The notes under the pieces were generated by a model, which saw only the letters and a program-made list of their open reading frames with translations, made no database searches and was not told the DNA's origin. A stretch of 64,000 bases of DNA from Candidatus Eiseniibacteriota bacterium (GTDB lineage: Bacteria; Eisenbacteria; RBG-16-71-46), in contig CAVSAC010000012.1 of NCBI GenBank assembly GCA_963725865.1, positions 1,248,001 to 1,312,000 of the forward strand, read 5' to 3'. Below are positions 11,123 through 21,750 of the stretch, one piece after another (position 1 is the first letter of the stretch; each line of letters opens with the position of its first letter). A program made the position numbers and the translations under genes.

Positions 11123-11701
11123 ATGCGCTGGGGACGAGTGGTGGTGGCATTGACGCTGGTCGCGCTGTCGATCGCGACGATCTTCCTCTCGAACAACTGG
11201 CGGTACCAGATGCGCCGCGCGGAGCTCGCCGAGCGACGCGAGCAGGCCACGTGGCACTGGACGCGGTTCGTCATGGACTCGCTCGGCACCACGCTCGCGC
11301 TGCCGAGTCCGCCGATCGAACCGTGGGGCGCCGACTCGCTCTACTGGCAATGGGTGGCGACGACGGCGCGGCTGCAGTCACGCCGCTGGCAGCAGGCGGT
11401 CCAGCACTGGGTACGTCAGCGTGGCACCATGCTGGACGAGGTCGATGTGACGATGTTGCAGCGCGACGGGCTCTCCGACCCTCCCACCCAGCTGCGCGAC
11501 GATCTCCAGGCGCATCCGGAGCTGATCCCGGATCGCGCGGTGCTCGGAGGCAGCATGCAGGTCGACGAGATCCTGCTGCTCTCGCCGTCCTACGTGTTCG
11601 CGCGCTACACCGACGGCCACATCGAGGGTGCGATGCTGCTCGAGTACCAGGTCGCCTCCGGCCGTATCGCCTGGAAGCGGCTCTGGTCGCGGCTCGACTG
11701 A
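11123..11701 (+). CDS. Hypothetical membrane-anchored protein
   Basis: SD GAGGT, N-terminal TM helix, coiled segment, C-terminal domain (VLGGSM...FARYTDGHIEG). Confidence 0.7.
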   Translation: MRWGRVVVALTLVALSIATIFLSNNWRYQMRRAELAERREQATWHWTRFVMDSLGTTLALPSPPIEPWGADSLYWQWVATTARLQSRRWQQAVQHWVRQRGTMLDEVDVTMLQRDGLSDPPTQLRDDLQAHPELIPDRAVLGGSMQVDEILLLSPSYVFARYTDGHIEGAMLLEYQVASGRIAWKRLWSRLD

Positions 11702-11813
11702 GGAGCGCTGCGACGCCGCATCCCGCCGCCCCCGGTGCCCGCGATCGGTGCGCCGGCGCCGCTGGGATCGCGCCGGCCGACGCGAACCGCGCGCTTCGGT
11801 CCGGCGCGAACGC

Positions 11814-12521
11814 CTACCAGTCCACGCCGGTCACCAGCGTCACGTCGAACGGCTTCCAGGTCGAGAACCAGCCCGCGTCGAGCGCCCCGTCCGTCAGCGC
11901 GCGCGTCACGCGCAGGTCGACCAGCCCGCGGTGCCCGCGGAGCGGAAACGCCCACCCGATGCCGGAGCGTGCGTCGAGGCGTGACGTACGCACGTGCGTG
12001 AAGATGTTGGTCGTCCCCGCCTCGTGTCTCGGGACCATCGCGTCCAAGGTCGGATCGTAGCGTTCGATGTCCCGCACGAGTCGGAAGTGCGCGGCGGTCA
12101 CGAATGCCGCCTCGGGGCCGATCGTGATCTGGAGACGACGCGCCCAGAACGGCGAGAGGCGGAGCAGCAGCGGCACGCGAACCTCGTCCACCCGTAGGCC
12201 GAACTTGCCCTGCTGGAGCAGGAAGGGGTCGGTCGGCGTGGTCGCGTACTCGACGTGATTCCCGGAGTGCGCGAATCGTGCGCCGGTCAGCAGGCCGAAG
12301 TGCGGGCCGTAGCGAAGCTCGACGCGCGCGCCGGCCGTGAACGAGGTCGCCCAACCGTTGTCCCAGAACGGAAGCGGGTCGTCGTAGTCGACGCTCGAGC
12401 GGCCGATTCCGAACTCCACGCCGGGCCGCACGACCATGCGAGCATTCGCGGGGCCGGGTGCGAGCGCGCGGCAGCTCAGCAGCAGCGCGCACACGAGCAC
12501 GGTGGAACGGATCGCGATCAT
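11814..12521 (-). CDS. Outer membrane beta-barrel (PorT-like) protein
   Basis: SD GAGGAGG, signal peptide, amphipathic strands, C-terminal Trp (LVTGVDW). Confidence 0.8.
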   Translation of the reverse strand: MIAIRSTVLVCALLLSCRALAPGPANARMVVRPGVEFGIGRSSVDYDDPLPFWDNGWATSFTAGARVELRYGPHFGLLTGARFAHSGNHVEYATTPTDPFLLQQGKFGLRVDEVRVPLLLRLSPFWARRLQITIGPEAAFVTAAHFRLVRDIERYDPTLDAMVPRHEAGTTNIFTHVRTSRLDARSGIGWAFPLRGHRGLVDLRVTRALTDGALDAGWFSTWKPFDVTLVTGVDW

Positions 12522-12629
12522 CGCGGCCAGCCTCCTCGTGAAAGGAACCGTGGGGCACGCACAGAGTACGCCCGCGCACCCGTCGCCCTCCAGCCGGTCG
12601 CCGAGCGCGGACGAGGCCGGCGCTCGAGC

Positions 12630-13227
12630 GGAATCGACCCCGCACCTGCGCGACGGCCGCGCGCTTCTCCGACGGGATCTCCCAGCCCAGGGTGCCGCAG
12701 AGCGACAGGTCGACCGGCTTCAGGTCCCGGCGGATATCGCGGTAGCGCGACGACTCCATCCCACCCGGGAACTCACCGGCGCTGAACACTCGCGCCGACG
12801 CGAGGAACGCCAACTCGGTGCCCAATCCAAAGTACGGCCCGGACTGCGGACGCGGCGCGTAGCCTACGAGGAGCGGGACCGCGACGTCGTTGGCGCGCAG
12901 TCGGAATCCGCCGCCGAACCCCACCGGGCCCGAGCCGAAGTCGATGTCGCCGTCGAACGCGACGTGATTGGAGTAGCAGACGTAACGCACGCCGTTGGAG
13001 AGCCCGAATCCTCGCGCGATCGGCACGTCGAGCGTGGCGCCGCCGGTGAGGGTGTTCCCCCAGCCGGTGTCCCAGAAGCCCAGAGGATCGTCGTAGCGGA
13101 GCGTGGAGGACTGCCATCCGGCCTCGGCGCCGGGATGGAGCGACGGACGGGCGTGCGTCGGACGGGCGGCGAGCAGCAGGACGAACAGACCGGCGACGGC
13201 GGATGCCAGGGGGCGGAGCGATCGCAT
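12630..13227 (-). pseudogene. 3'-truncated paralog of the adjacent barrel gene
   Basis: Shares YDDPLxFWDxGW, SNHV and VPLL with 11814-12521; similarity stops after AVAQVR and the frame runs on as non-protein-like sequence. Confidence 0.65.
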
Positions 13228-13281
13228 GGACGGCCGTTCGAGCGAATCGACATCCGAGGGTGGATCGGTGACGCCCCGATC

Positions 13282-14295
13282 CTACACCCTTCGCCCCAAC
13301 ACACCGGCGATGGTGCGGAGCTGCTCGACGAGGCTGTCGAACTGCTCGGGGTACAGCGACTGCGCGCCGTCGGAGAGCGCGTGGTCGGGGTCGTGATGGA
13401 CCTCGACGATCACCCCGTCCGCCCCGGCCGCGATCGAGGCGCGCGCCATCGGCGCGACCTTGTCGCGGATGCCGGTGCCGTGCGAGGGATCGACGATCAC
13501 CGGCAGGTGGCTCAGCTCCTTCACGACCGGGATGGCGTTCAGGTCGAGGGTGTTGCGGGTGTAGGTCTCGAACGTGCGGATGCCGCGCTCGCACAGGATC
13601 ACCTGGGAGTTGCCCTGCGACATCACGTGCTCGGCGCTCATCAGCCACTCCTCGATCGTGGCGGCCAGCCCGCGCTTGAGCAGCACCGGCTTCTGCGTCT
13701 GTCCGACCTCGCGCAGCAGCGAGAAGTTCTGCATGTTGCGCGCGCCGATCTGCAGGATGTCCGCGTAGCGCGCCAGCAGCCCGACCTGCGCGGTGTCCAT
13801 CACCTCGCTCACCACCGCGAGGCCGTGCGCGTCGGCGGCGCGGCGCAGGATCTTCAGGCCCTCCTCGCCAAGGCCCTGGAACGAGTAGGGCGACGTGCGC
13901 GGCTTGAACGCCCCGCCGCGCATGATGGTGGCGCCCGCCTTCGCGACCGCGGCGGCGATCGTGAACGCCTGCTCTTCGCCCTCCACCGAGCAGGGGCCGG
14001 CCATGATCGCGAGCTGGGTGCTGCCGATCGCGCAGCGGCCCACGCTGATCACGGTGTCGTGCGGATGGAACACCCGCGAGACCAGCTTGAACGGGGCTTT
14101 GATGCGCTCGGCGGACTCCACCCCCGCCCACGCCCGCACCGTGGCGAGGTCGATGCCGCCGAGGTCGCCGACCGCCGCCATCCGCACCCGCCCGTCGTGC
14201 TCAGTGCGGTGCACCGCGAGCCCCGCCATGCGTAGCCGCGAGGCCACGTCGTTGGCGAGCGCCTCGGTCACGCCGGGTCTCAGGATGACCAGCAT
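13282..14295 (-). CDS. aroF: DAHP synthase (type I-beta, N-terminal regulatory domain)
   Basis: [48 protein letters not shown]. Confidence 0.95.
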   Translation of the reverse strand: MLVILRPGVTEALANDVASRLRMAGLAVHRTEHDGRVRMAAVGDLGGIDLATVRAWAGVESAERIKAPFKLVSRVFHPHDTVISVGRCAIGSTQLAIMAGPCSVEGEEQAFTIAAAVAKAGATIMRGGAFKPRTSPYSFQGLGEEGLKILRRAADAHGLAVVSEVMDTAQVGLLARYADILQIGARNMQNFSLLREVGQTQKPVLLKRGLAATIEEWLMSAEHVMSQGNSQVILCERGIRTFETYTRNTLDLNAIPVVKELSHLPVIVDPSHGTGIRDKVAPMARASIAAGADGVIVEVHHDPDHALSDGAQSLYPEQFDSLVEQLRTIAGVLGRRV

Positions 14296-14320
14296 CGGTG
14301 GAGCGTCCTCGCGAGCGGGT

Positions 14321-14352
14321 ACGAAGAAGCCCATGCCGCCATGGCATGGGCT
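14321..14352 (-). terminator. Attenuator terminator upstream of aroF
   Basis: AGCCCATGCC-ATGGC-GGCATGGGCT followed by TCTTCGT. Confidence 0.75.
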
Positions 14353-14379
14353 GGGAGTCTCGGCGCGGACCCGGTGGAC

Positions 14380-14460
14380 TCAGCGGACCAGCGCGGACTC
14401 CCGGCCACGCCACGCGCGGCCGGTGCTGCGCCAGTACTCGTATCGACGGCTCGAGATCAC
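14380..14460 (-). CDS. aroF leader peptide (26 aa, Tyr/Trp control codons)
   Basis: GGAGG-AACC-GTG; MISSRRYEYWRSTGRAWRGRESALVR*; overlaps the antiterminator arm. Confidence 0.75.
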   Translation of the reverse strand: MISSRRYEYWRSTGRAWRGRESALVR

Positions 14461-14566
14461 GGTTCCTCCGGGAAACGCAGTGCGCGAGCCTAGCATGCGC
14501 CGCGCGCGAGGGTCAAAGCCCGGCGCTGCGATGGGGTGCGGTGGCGCGAGCGCGGTGCGCGGCGCG

Positions 14567-15892
14567 TCAGTGCGTGAGCACGAAGCGACGCGTCAGGGTG
14601 GCGCCGACTCCGTCGAAGCGGGCGAAGTACACCCCCGCTCCGGCCGTCGTGCCGTCCTCGGAGTGGCCGTCCCACACGAGCCGCGTGGAGCCGGCATCGA
14701 GGTGGCCATCGGTGAGCGTGCGCACTCGGCGCCCGGCGAGGTCGAACACCGCGACCCGGGCGGGCCCGGCGGCGGGCAGCGCGAGCCGGAACACCGCGCT
14801 GCCGCGCGCCGGATTCGGGATCGGGCCCGAGAACGCGAGCGCGTCCGCGCCGGGGCCAACCGCGAGCCCGCCGGTGGGCTGGAGCAGGAACGCGCGCGTC
14901 AGGGTCCCGTGGCGGCCGACCCCGACGATGTCCCCGGCGTCGTCGATACTGCTCGCCGAGGTGAGCAGCCAGCCGGTGCCGCGCGGGATGACGGTGTTCA
15001 GGTCGATCAGCTTCGCACCGTCCCACAGGAACGCGTGCTGGGTCCCGGACGCGTCGGTCGAGGTGCCGACCACGTCGCCGCGCGCGTTGAGCGCGAACGC
15101 CGCGCTGTACACGCCGCCGAGCGTGCCGAGGTCGATGGTGACCCCTTCGCTCCACAGGAACGCGTGGCTGACGTAGTTGGGCACCTTCATCGACCACCCG
15201 CACACCTTGCCGGCTTCGTTGATCGAGTAGGCGTGGCTGGCCCAGCCGCCGAGCGTGCCCAGATCGGTCATCGATCCGTGGCGCCACAGGAACGCGTGCA
15301 GCTCGTCGTTGGCCGGGATGCGCGCGAAGCCGACGATGTCGCCGAGGCCGTTGATGCAGTAGGCGCGGGCGTCCGTGCCCCCGAGCGTGCCGAGGTCGGT
15401 CATCACGCCGTCGCGCCACAGGAACGCGCGCTCGACGGTGTCGCCGACTCCGAGCGAGGAGCCGACCACGTCGCCGTGGGAGTTGATCCAGCGCGCGTCG
15501 CTCACGGTGCCGCCCAGGGTGCCGAGGTCCTCCATCACGCCCGCGCGCCACCGGAACGCGTGGTAGCCGCCGTCGGGCGCGTCCGCCCAGCCGACCACGT
15601 CGCCGGCGTCGTTGATGTGACGCGCCTGCGACTGGGGACCGCCGAGCGTGCCGAGATCGCGCAGGCCGCCGCCGTCGTCGAGCACCGCGCGCAGCGCGAC
15701 GTCGCCCGGCAGGAACGAGTGCCCGACGATCTGGAGGCTGGAGTTGATGCTGAGGGCGCCGCTCACGCTGCCGCCGAGGCTGCCGAGGTCCTTGACGGTG
15801 TAGAGGGTCTGGGCGCGCGCACGCCCGCCGAGGGCACACGCGATCAGCGCGCACGACGCGACCGTCACGACTCGGCGGAGGCCACGGGCCAA
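14567..15892 (-). CDS. Secreted HAF-repeat beta-propeller with C-terminal FlgD-type Ig domain
   Basis: ~7 DLGTLGG...IN..G.VVG...HAFLW repeats; PNPARG...DLAGRRVRTL...WDG...GVYFAR tail; TTG start after GGAGG. Confidence 0.88.
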   Translation of the reverse strand: MARGLRRVVTVASCALIACALGGRARAQTLYTVKDLGSLGGSVSGALSINSSLQIVGHSFLPGDVALRAVLDDGGGLRDLGTLGGPQSQARHINDAGDVVGWADAPDGGYHAFRWRAGVMEDLGTLGGTVSDARWINSHGDVVGSSLGVGDTVERAFLWRDGVMTDLGTLGGTDARAYCINGLGDIVGFARIPANDELHAFLWRHGSMTDLGTLGGWASHAYSINEAGKVCGWSMKVPNYVSHAFLWSEGVTIDLGTLGGVYSAAFALNARGDVVGTSTDASGTQHAFLWDGAKLIDLNTVIPRGTGWLLTSASSIDDAGDIVGVGRHGTLTRAFLLQPTGGLAVGPGADALAFSGPIPNPARGSAVFRLALPAAGPARVAVFDLAGRRVRTLTDGHLDAGSTRLVWDGHSEDGTTAGAGVYFARFDGVGATLTRRFVLTH

Positions 15893-16060
15893 AGGGATCC
15901 CTCCTGGTTCGGGCGCTTCGATGGGAAGCGGTCGCGGCCACCACCCGCCAACCACAAGGTAGACACCCCCCACGCGGCGCTCAAGTTCCGAATGCGGGGG
16001 CGCCGCGCGCGTTTCGTGTATCGGCACTTGTGATGTCGTTCACGAGGGGCGGATGCCGCC

Positions 16061-17122
16061 CTACTTCTCCCGGCCGCGCAGGGCGCGCTGGGCCAACCAG
16101 GCGTCCATCAGCGTCAGTGCCAGCATCGCCTCGGCCACCGGCACCACGCGCGGGCAGATGCAGGGATCGTGGCGTCCCTCGATGGCGATGGAGGTGGTGC
16201 CGCCGGCCGCCGTGGCGGCGGTCTGCGGCTTGCCGATCGAGGTCGCCGGTCGCACCGCGACCCGCACCACCACGTCCGCGCCGGTCGAGATGCCGCCCGA
16301 GATGCCGCCCGCGAAGTTGGTCAGGTGGCGGGTGCCGTCGAAGACGTCGTTGGTCTGGGAGCCGCGCAGCTCGCACATGCCGAAACCGCCGCCGATCTCC
16401 ACCCCCTTGGTGGCCGGGATCGAGAGCATCGCGGCGCCCAGCGCGGCGTCGAGCTTGTCCATGGTGGGCTCGCCCCAGCCCGCGGGTAGCCCCCGCGCCA
16501 CCACCTCGACCACGCCGCCGACCGAGTCGCGCTCCTCGCGCGCTCGCAGGATGACCTCCGCCATCGCGGCCGCGGCGGCGGCGTCGGGACAGCGCACGGG
16601 ATTGCGCTCGACCTCGTCCCAGTCGCGCCGCTCGGTGCGCACCTCGCCCACCTGCACGGTGCCGCCGACCAGGCTCACGCCGATGGTGCCGAGCGCGATC
16701 CGCGCGAGCGCCCCGGCGGCCACGCGCCCGACAGTCTCGCGTCCCGAGGAGCGGCCGCCGCCGCGATGGTCGCGCACGCCGTACTTCTCGGCGTAGACGC
16801 GATCGGCGTGGCCGGGGCGGAACACATCCTTGAGGGCGTCGTAGTCCTTCGAGCGCTGGTCCTGGTTGCGCACCAGCATCGCGATCGGGGTGCCGAGGCT
16901 GACTCCGTCGAACACGCCGGAGAGCACCTCGACGGTGTCCGATTCCTGCCGCTGCGTGGTGAGCGCGCTCTGACCCGGTCGCCGGCGTTCCAGCTCGCGC
17001 TGGACGATCGCGACGTCGACCGCGACGCCGGGCGGCAGGCCGTCCACCACCACGCCGACCGCGGGCCCGTGGGACTCGCCGAACGTGGTGACGCGGAACA
17101 GACGTCCGAAGGTGGAGCCCAC
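16061..17122 (-). CDS. aroC: Chorismate synthase
   Basis: TTFGESHG, RPGHAD, GGGRSSGRET, GRHDPC. Confidence 0.97.
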   Translation of the reverse strand: MGSTFGRLFRVTTFGESHGPAVGVVVDGLPPGVAVDVAIVQRELERRRPGQSALTTQRQESDTVEVLSGVFDGVSLGTPIAMLVRNQDQRSKDYDALKDVFRPGHADRVYAEKYGVRDHRGGGRSSGRETVGRVAAGALARIALGTIGVSLVGGTVQVGEVRTERRDWDEVERNPVRCPDAAAAAAMAEVILRAREERDSVGGVVEVVARGLPAGWGEPTMDKLDAALGAAMLSIPATKGVEIGGGFGMCELRGSQTNDVFDGTRHLTNFAGGISGGISTGADVVVRVAVRPATSIGKPQTAATAAGGTTSIAIEGRHDPCICPRVVPVAEAMLALTLMDAWLAQRALRGREK

Positions 17123-17123
17123 T

Positions 17124-17603
17124 TCAGCGCGCTCGCGACTTGGCGGGCGCCCGGCGCCGGGCGGTCGGCGCGCGCCGACCGCGGGCCGCACGCGGCGCGC
17201 GCGGAGCGTGGGCCGCATGGAGCCGCGCGCGGAACGCCAGGTGCCCGGCCACCAGCTTCTCGAACTGGTAGAGGTAGGTCGGGCGGATGCTGGCTCGCGC
17301 GCCGGCGATCCACGACTTGCACCGCTCCCACGTCACGATGTCCTCGCCGGTGTGGTCGAAGAACAGCTCGGCGTGCAGCACGCCGCGATTGACCAGCGTC
17401 GCGACCATCTCCCAGTACGAGGTCGTCATCCGGAACCAGCGGTCCTCGTCGGAGTGCGTGAGGTAGCGCGCCTGGATCTCCTCCCAGCCGGCGGGCTTGA
17501 ATTCCGACAGGAACCAGCGGCGCGCCCGCCGCAGCTCGGGGTCGCGCCGGAGTTCGTACAGGTGGAGCAGGAGCTCGGCGTCGGCGTGGGTCGGCTTGGG
17601 CAT
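17124..17603 (-). CDS. Conserved hypothetical protein (DUF4760-like)
   Basis: DAELLLHLYELRRDPELRRARRWF...SYWEMVA; SD GGAGGT; abuts aroC. Confidence 0.7.
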   Translation of the reverse strand: MPKPTHADAELLLHLYELRRDPELRRARRWFLSEFKPAGWEEIQARYLTHSDEDRWFRMTTSYWEMVATLVNRGVLHAELFFDHTGEDIVTWERCKSWIAGARASIRPTYLYQFEKLVAGHLAFRARLHAAHAPRAPRAARGRRAPTARRRAPAKSRAR

Positions 17604-17742
17604 GTCGGGAACCTCCGCGGGGCGTGGGGTGGTGTCCGGGCGCGCATTCTAGCCATTCGAGGCCGGCGCTGCACGGCTCCGGCGCGCCGCGGCGCCGGTC
17701 GGTCGCGTCGAACCGAACGCCCATCGGCGGTGTAGAACCGAC

Positions 17743-18573
17743 ATGCTCCCCCGACTGGTCCAGGCCATCATTCGCGCGGCGGTCCTCGCGACCGTCGTGC
17801 TGGCCGTGGCGTCCGCGGCGTCCGCGGCGTCCGCGGATGGCCCCCTGGGGGGCCCGGGTCCCGGGCCGGCGGCGGGCGTCTTCCCTCCCGCCACCCGCGC
17901 GTTCGGCCGTTCCGACCTGTGGTACGGAGTGGGCGCCACCGCCGCGGTCACGCTGGCCGGGGGCTTCGACCGCGGCGTGGACCGGGTGTCGAGCGGCCCG
18001 GACGATCCCCGCCTCCACGACTTCGCGCGCGGCGTGCGGCCGCTCGGCACGCCCGCCGTGATCGGTCCGAGCGTGGTGGTCGGCTACCTGACCGGCCGGC
18101 TGCTCGACCGACCGGAACTCTCGCGCGGCAGCGTGCGAACCGCGCTGGCGGTCGGCACCGCGAGCCTGCTGTGCGAAGGCATCAAGCTGTCGGTCGGTCG
18201 GATGCGACCCGATATCGCGCCCGGGGAGCCCCGGCGCTTCCGTCCATTCTCCAGCAACGACGCCTTCCCGTCCGGGCACACGACGGTGGCGTTCGCGTTC
18301 GCGACGGCGCTCGACCGCGAGACCGATTCGCCGTGGGTGCCCGCGCTCGCGTATCCGGCCGCCGCCGCGGTGGGCTGGTCGCGGCTCGAGGACGACCGCC
18401 ACTGGCTGAGCGACGTGGTGGCCGGCGCCGCCCTCGGCTGGTGGAGCGCGAACAAGGTCGAGAGCTTCGTGCGCACGCGCGGCGCGCGCCCCACGGGCGG
18501 CCCCTCACGCGTCAGCTGGATCGTCTCGCCCGGCGCCCGCCATTCGCGTTTCGGCGTTCGCGTGCGCTTCTAG
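17743..18573 (+). CDS. PAP2-family phosphatase
   Basis: KxxxxRxRP, FPSGH, SRLEDDRHWLSD motifs. Confidence 0.9.
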   Translation: MLPRLVQAIIRAAVLATVVLAVASAASAASADGPLGGPGPGPAAGVFPPATRAFGRSDLWYGVGATAAVTLAGGFDRGVDRVSSGPDDPRLHDFARGVRPLGTPAVIGPSVVVGYLTGRLLDRPELSRGSVRTALAVGTASLLCEGIKLSVGRMRPDIAPGEPRRFRPFSSNDAFPSGHTTVAFAFATALDRETDSPWVPALAYPAAAAVGWSRLEDDRHWLSDVVAGAALGWWSANKVESFVRTRGARPTGGPSRVSWIVSPGARHSRFGVRVRF

Positions 18574-18653
18574 TTGACCCGGTGCACGCGCCGGCGGAAC
18601 ATCCTGGGCGCGGCCGCACGAACGGTCGCTGACACGGACGCGGGAGGTCTGCG

Positions 18654-19253
18654 ATGGCGAAGAAGATCCTGTTGCTGGCGGGCGACTACGTCGAGGACTA
18701 CGAGATCATGGTGCCGTTCCAGGCCCTGATCGCCGTCGGTCACACCGTGCACGCGGTCTGCCCGGGGAAGCAGAAGGGCGACAAGGTGCGCACCGCCATC
18801 CACGACTTCGAGGGCGACCAGACCTACAGCGAGAAACGCGGCCACGACTTCGTACTCAACGCGACGTTCGACGAGGTGCGCCCCGAGGCGTACGACGCCC
18901 TCGTGATCCCGGGCGGGCGAGCGCCCGAGTACCTGCGGCTGGACCCCAAGGTGCTCGAGCTCGTGAGGCATTTCTTCACCGCCCAGAAGCCGGTGGCCGC
19001 GATCTGTCACGGCGCGCAGATCCTGACCGCCGCCGGCGTCGTGCGCGGGCGGCGGGTGTCGGCCTATCCGGCCGTGGGTCCCGAGGTCACGCTGGCGGGC
19101 GGCGAGTACGCGGCGATCCCGATCGACCAGGCGGTGGTGGACGGTTCGCTGGTGACCGCGCCGGCGTGGCCCGCCCATCCCGACTGGATCGCGAAGTTCC
19201 TGGTGGTGCTGGGCACCCAGATCACCCACGCGCAGCCGGTGGCGACCCGCTGA
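18654..19253 (+). CDS. DJ-1/PfpI family protein
   Basis: [24 protein letters not shown]. Confidence 0.93.
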   Translation: MAKKILLLAGDYVEDYEIMVPFQALIAVGHTVHAVCPGKQKGDKVRTAIHDFEGDQTYSEKRGHDFVLNATFDEVRPEAYDALVIPGGRAPEYLRLDPKVLELVRHFFTAQKPVAAICHGAQILTAAGVVRGRRVSAYPAVGPEVTLAGGEYAAIPIDQAVVDGSLVTAPAWPAHPDWIAKFLVVLGTQITHAQPVATR

Positions 19254-19419
19254 AGAGTCCGCGACGTCGAGACGCCGCGTGGACGTTCGCGCGGGGGCTC
19301 GTGCCTGCGCGCCGGGCGCCGCGAAATGACCGCGTCCTGACAGCCGGATCGCGGGCCCATCCGTCCAAGGGGTGCGTCTCGTGGACAGCACAGGAACAGG
19401 CCGAGGAAGGTCGGGCAGG

Positions 19420-19950
19420 ATGTCGAAGACGTGGTCGATGATCGGCGTGGTCGCGGTGGGATTGGGCGTGATGGCGGCCGCGGGGCGCGGCACCGATCCG
19501 CCGGCGCGTCGCGCCGCGGGACCGGAACCCGCCGGCGGTGCGGCGGCGGACACCGTGGGGCACGTGGTGCGCAGCGAGGCCGAGTGGCAGCGCCACCTCA
19601 CGCCCGAGCAGTTCCGGGTGCTGCGCCAGAAGGGCACCGAGCGCGCGTTCACCGGCACCTACTGGGACAACCACGCGACCGGTGTGTACCGCTGCGCCGG
19701 CTGCGGACTCACGCTGTTCCGCTCCGACACCAAGTTCGAGTCCGGTACCGGCTGGCCGAGCTTCTGGGCCCCGATTGCCGCGAGCCACGTGAAGGTGGCC
19801 ACCGACCGAACCCTCGGCATGGAGCGCGACGAGGTGGTGTGCGCGCGCTGCGGCGGGCACCTGGGCCACGTGTTCGACGACGGCCCGCGGCCCACGGGCC
19901 TGCGCTACTGCATGAACTCGGCGGCGCTCGCGTTCGAGAAGACCAAGTGA
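19420..19950 (+). CDS. msrB: Peptide-methionine (R)-S-oxide reductase with signal sequence
   Basis: [35 protein letters not shown]; two CxxC. Confidence 0.95.
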   Translation: MSKTWSMIGVVAVGLGVMAAAGRGTDPPARRAAGPEPAGGAAADTVGHVVRSEAEWQRHLTPEQFRVLRQKGTERAFTGTYWDNHATGVYRCAGCGLTLFRSDTKFESGTGWPSFWAPIAASHVKVATDRTLGMERDEVVCARCGGHLGHVFDDGPRPTGLRYCMNSAALAFEKTK

Positions 19951-20082
19951 CGACGGCGCGCGGCGCGCTGGTGGATCACCATCAGCCGCCGCGCGTGCCG
20001 CTCGCCTCCTTCCTGGGACCGGGCGAAGTGGAGCGCCGCGGCCACCAACGCCCCGGCCTCGGCGCCCGCTCCCCTCACCGCT

Positions 20083-21222
20083 TCACTTGGGCGCGGTGCC
20101 TTCCCACTGCTGGATCAGCCCCTCGATGTTCTTCCGATTGAGGTCGTCCGGGGCCTGCGGAAGCGCCTTGCGCGCGAACGAGGCCGCCTTCCGCTTGTCC
20201 CCGAGCGCCGCGTAGCCGCGCGCGAGGCCGAGGTTGACCGGCCAGGTGTTCGGATGGCGCTTGGCGTTGGTCTCGAACACCGACATCGCCAGCTGGTTCT
20301 CGCCCTGGCCCTGGAGCTGGCGCGCGAACTGGTGCAGCTGCAGCACGCCGGCATCCATCGGCGCCATCGCCTGCTCGATCGTCTTGCCAGCGTCCGCCGA
20401 CTTGCCGTTGGCGATCTGCAGCTGGGCGAGGTTCGACAGCGTCTGGAAGTTCGCGACCCCGATGCCCTCCCAGCTCACCGCCTGCTGGGCGAACCACAGC
20501 CCGTCGGCGAGATGGGTCTTGTGCGCGAGGCAGTACTGGGACGCCGCGATCCAGTTGATCCACGAGAACCCGTGACGGTCCCGCAGCTCGCGCCTCATCT
20601 GCGCGACGTACAGGTCGTCCATGTGCTCGACCGAGATCTTCACCGGGACCGCGAGGTCCTCCCACTCGAGCGCCACCGTCGCGTGGTCCGGCTCGCGGTC
20701 GGTGAACTCGTAGGTCAGCCACTCGTGGTACTCGTTCTTCGCGGGCTTCACCTTCACGCGCAGCGCGTCCTCGGCCGGGTCGTACGAGAAGCTCCCCCAC
20801 GAGGTGGAGTTGTTCGAGAAGATGATGATCCATTCGTCCTGCCCCGCGATCATGTGCAGGCCGTAGGCGCCCGCCTTCAGCGGCTGGCCCTCGATCAGCA
20901 CGTCGTGCGAGACGGTGAACACCGTGTTTTCGTTCGCTCCCGCGCGCCACGGGCACTTCGTGCAGTTGTTGAAGCCGAGGTCGTAGAGCCCGTACCCGAC
21001 CAGCCCGCCCCAGATCTTGCCGCGGCGGTCGGAGCCGTCCGGGGCGTGCACGTCGGGACTGCTGTAGTCGACCGTCACCTTCACCGGGCCGATCCACTGC
21101 GATACCGAGGCCTTCTGGTTGTCGCCGCTGAACGGCTGGGTGATGGTCTGGGCCGGCGCGAGCGATGCGCACGAAGCCAGTGCCAGGATCGTCGCGAGCA
21201 GCACTGGGGAGCGGCGGGCCAT
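20083..21222 (-). CDS. DUF2911-domain protein with C-terminal TPRs, secreted
   Basis: Signal peptide, VTVDYSSP, RGKIWGGLV, WRAGANENT, WGSFSYD. Confidence 0.85.
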   Translation of the reverse strand: MARRSPVLLATILALASCASLAPAQTITQPFSGDNQKASVSQWIGPVKVTVDYSSPDVHAPDGSDRRGKIWGGLVGYGLYDLGFNNCTKCPWRAGANENTVFTVSHDVLIEGQPLKAGAYGLHMIAGQDEWIIIFSNNSTSWGSFSYDPAEDALRVKVKPAKNEYHEWLTYEFTDREPDHATVALEWEDLAVPVKISVEHMDDLYVAQMRRELRDRHGFSWINWIAASQYCLAHKTHLADGLWFAQQAVSWEGIGVANFQTLSNLAQLQIANGKSADAGKTIEQAMAPMDAGVLQLHQFARQLQGQGENQLAMSVFETNAKRHPNTWPVNLGLARGYAALGDKRKAASFARKALPQAPDDLNRKNIEGLIQQWEGTAPK

Positions 21223-21563
21223 GATGCCTCCTGATGGACGAGAGAGGTCGGGGCGTGCGCGCCGGTGTCGGGGCCGCGGCGCGGCGGAGCATGGGTGCCC
21301 GGTGCGGGAAGGGCTCCTTGGTAGCAGCGCTCCCGCCACACGCCTATCACCGAGCGCCCGATGCGGCCATCCGAGCGACCACCGCGGCAGCCCGGCCCTG
21401 CCGAGTCGGCACCGATCATCGCGGGCGCGGAACCGCGGGCGCGCGGACGGGGTACGCCTGGGACGCCACCAAGCGGCGTCGAACGCATCAGCCGGCCCGG
21501 GCTCCCGGTCCGGGTCGGCGTGATGCCGGGCCATTCCGCGGCCGCGGACGGAGGATGGGACTC

Positions 21564-21745
21564 ATGCTCTGGCTGCGCCGCTTCTGGATCCTGGTGGTCC
21601 TGCTCCTGCTCGCCCCGGCCGCGGCACGAGCGGGCGCCGCCTTTGCCTGGTGGTCGGACATGGACGCGCGACTGGTGCAGTGCCCGGCCGGCGACGTCGC
21701 GTTCCACGTCATCCCACGTCGGCTCGCGACGCCGGTCCCGAGCGC
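21564..21745 (+). pseudogene. 5' fragment of a secreted protein gene
   Basis: GGAGG SD, strong signal peptide MLWLRRFWILVVLLLLAPAAARA, then LVQCPAGD; frame then runs antisense into the next gene. Confidence 0.45.
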
Positions 21746-21750
21746 CGGCT

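Noticed and set aside
14330..14470. T-box riboswitch upstream of aroF
   Set aside because: No T-box consensus or specifier stem seen; a leader-peptide attenuator explains the region.
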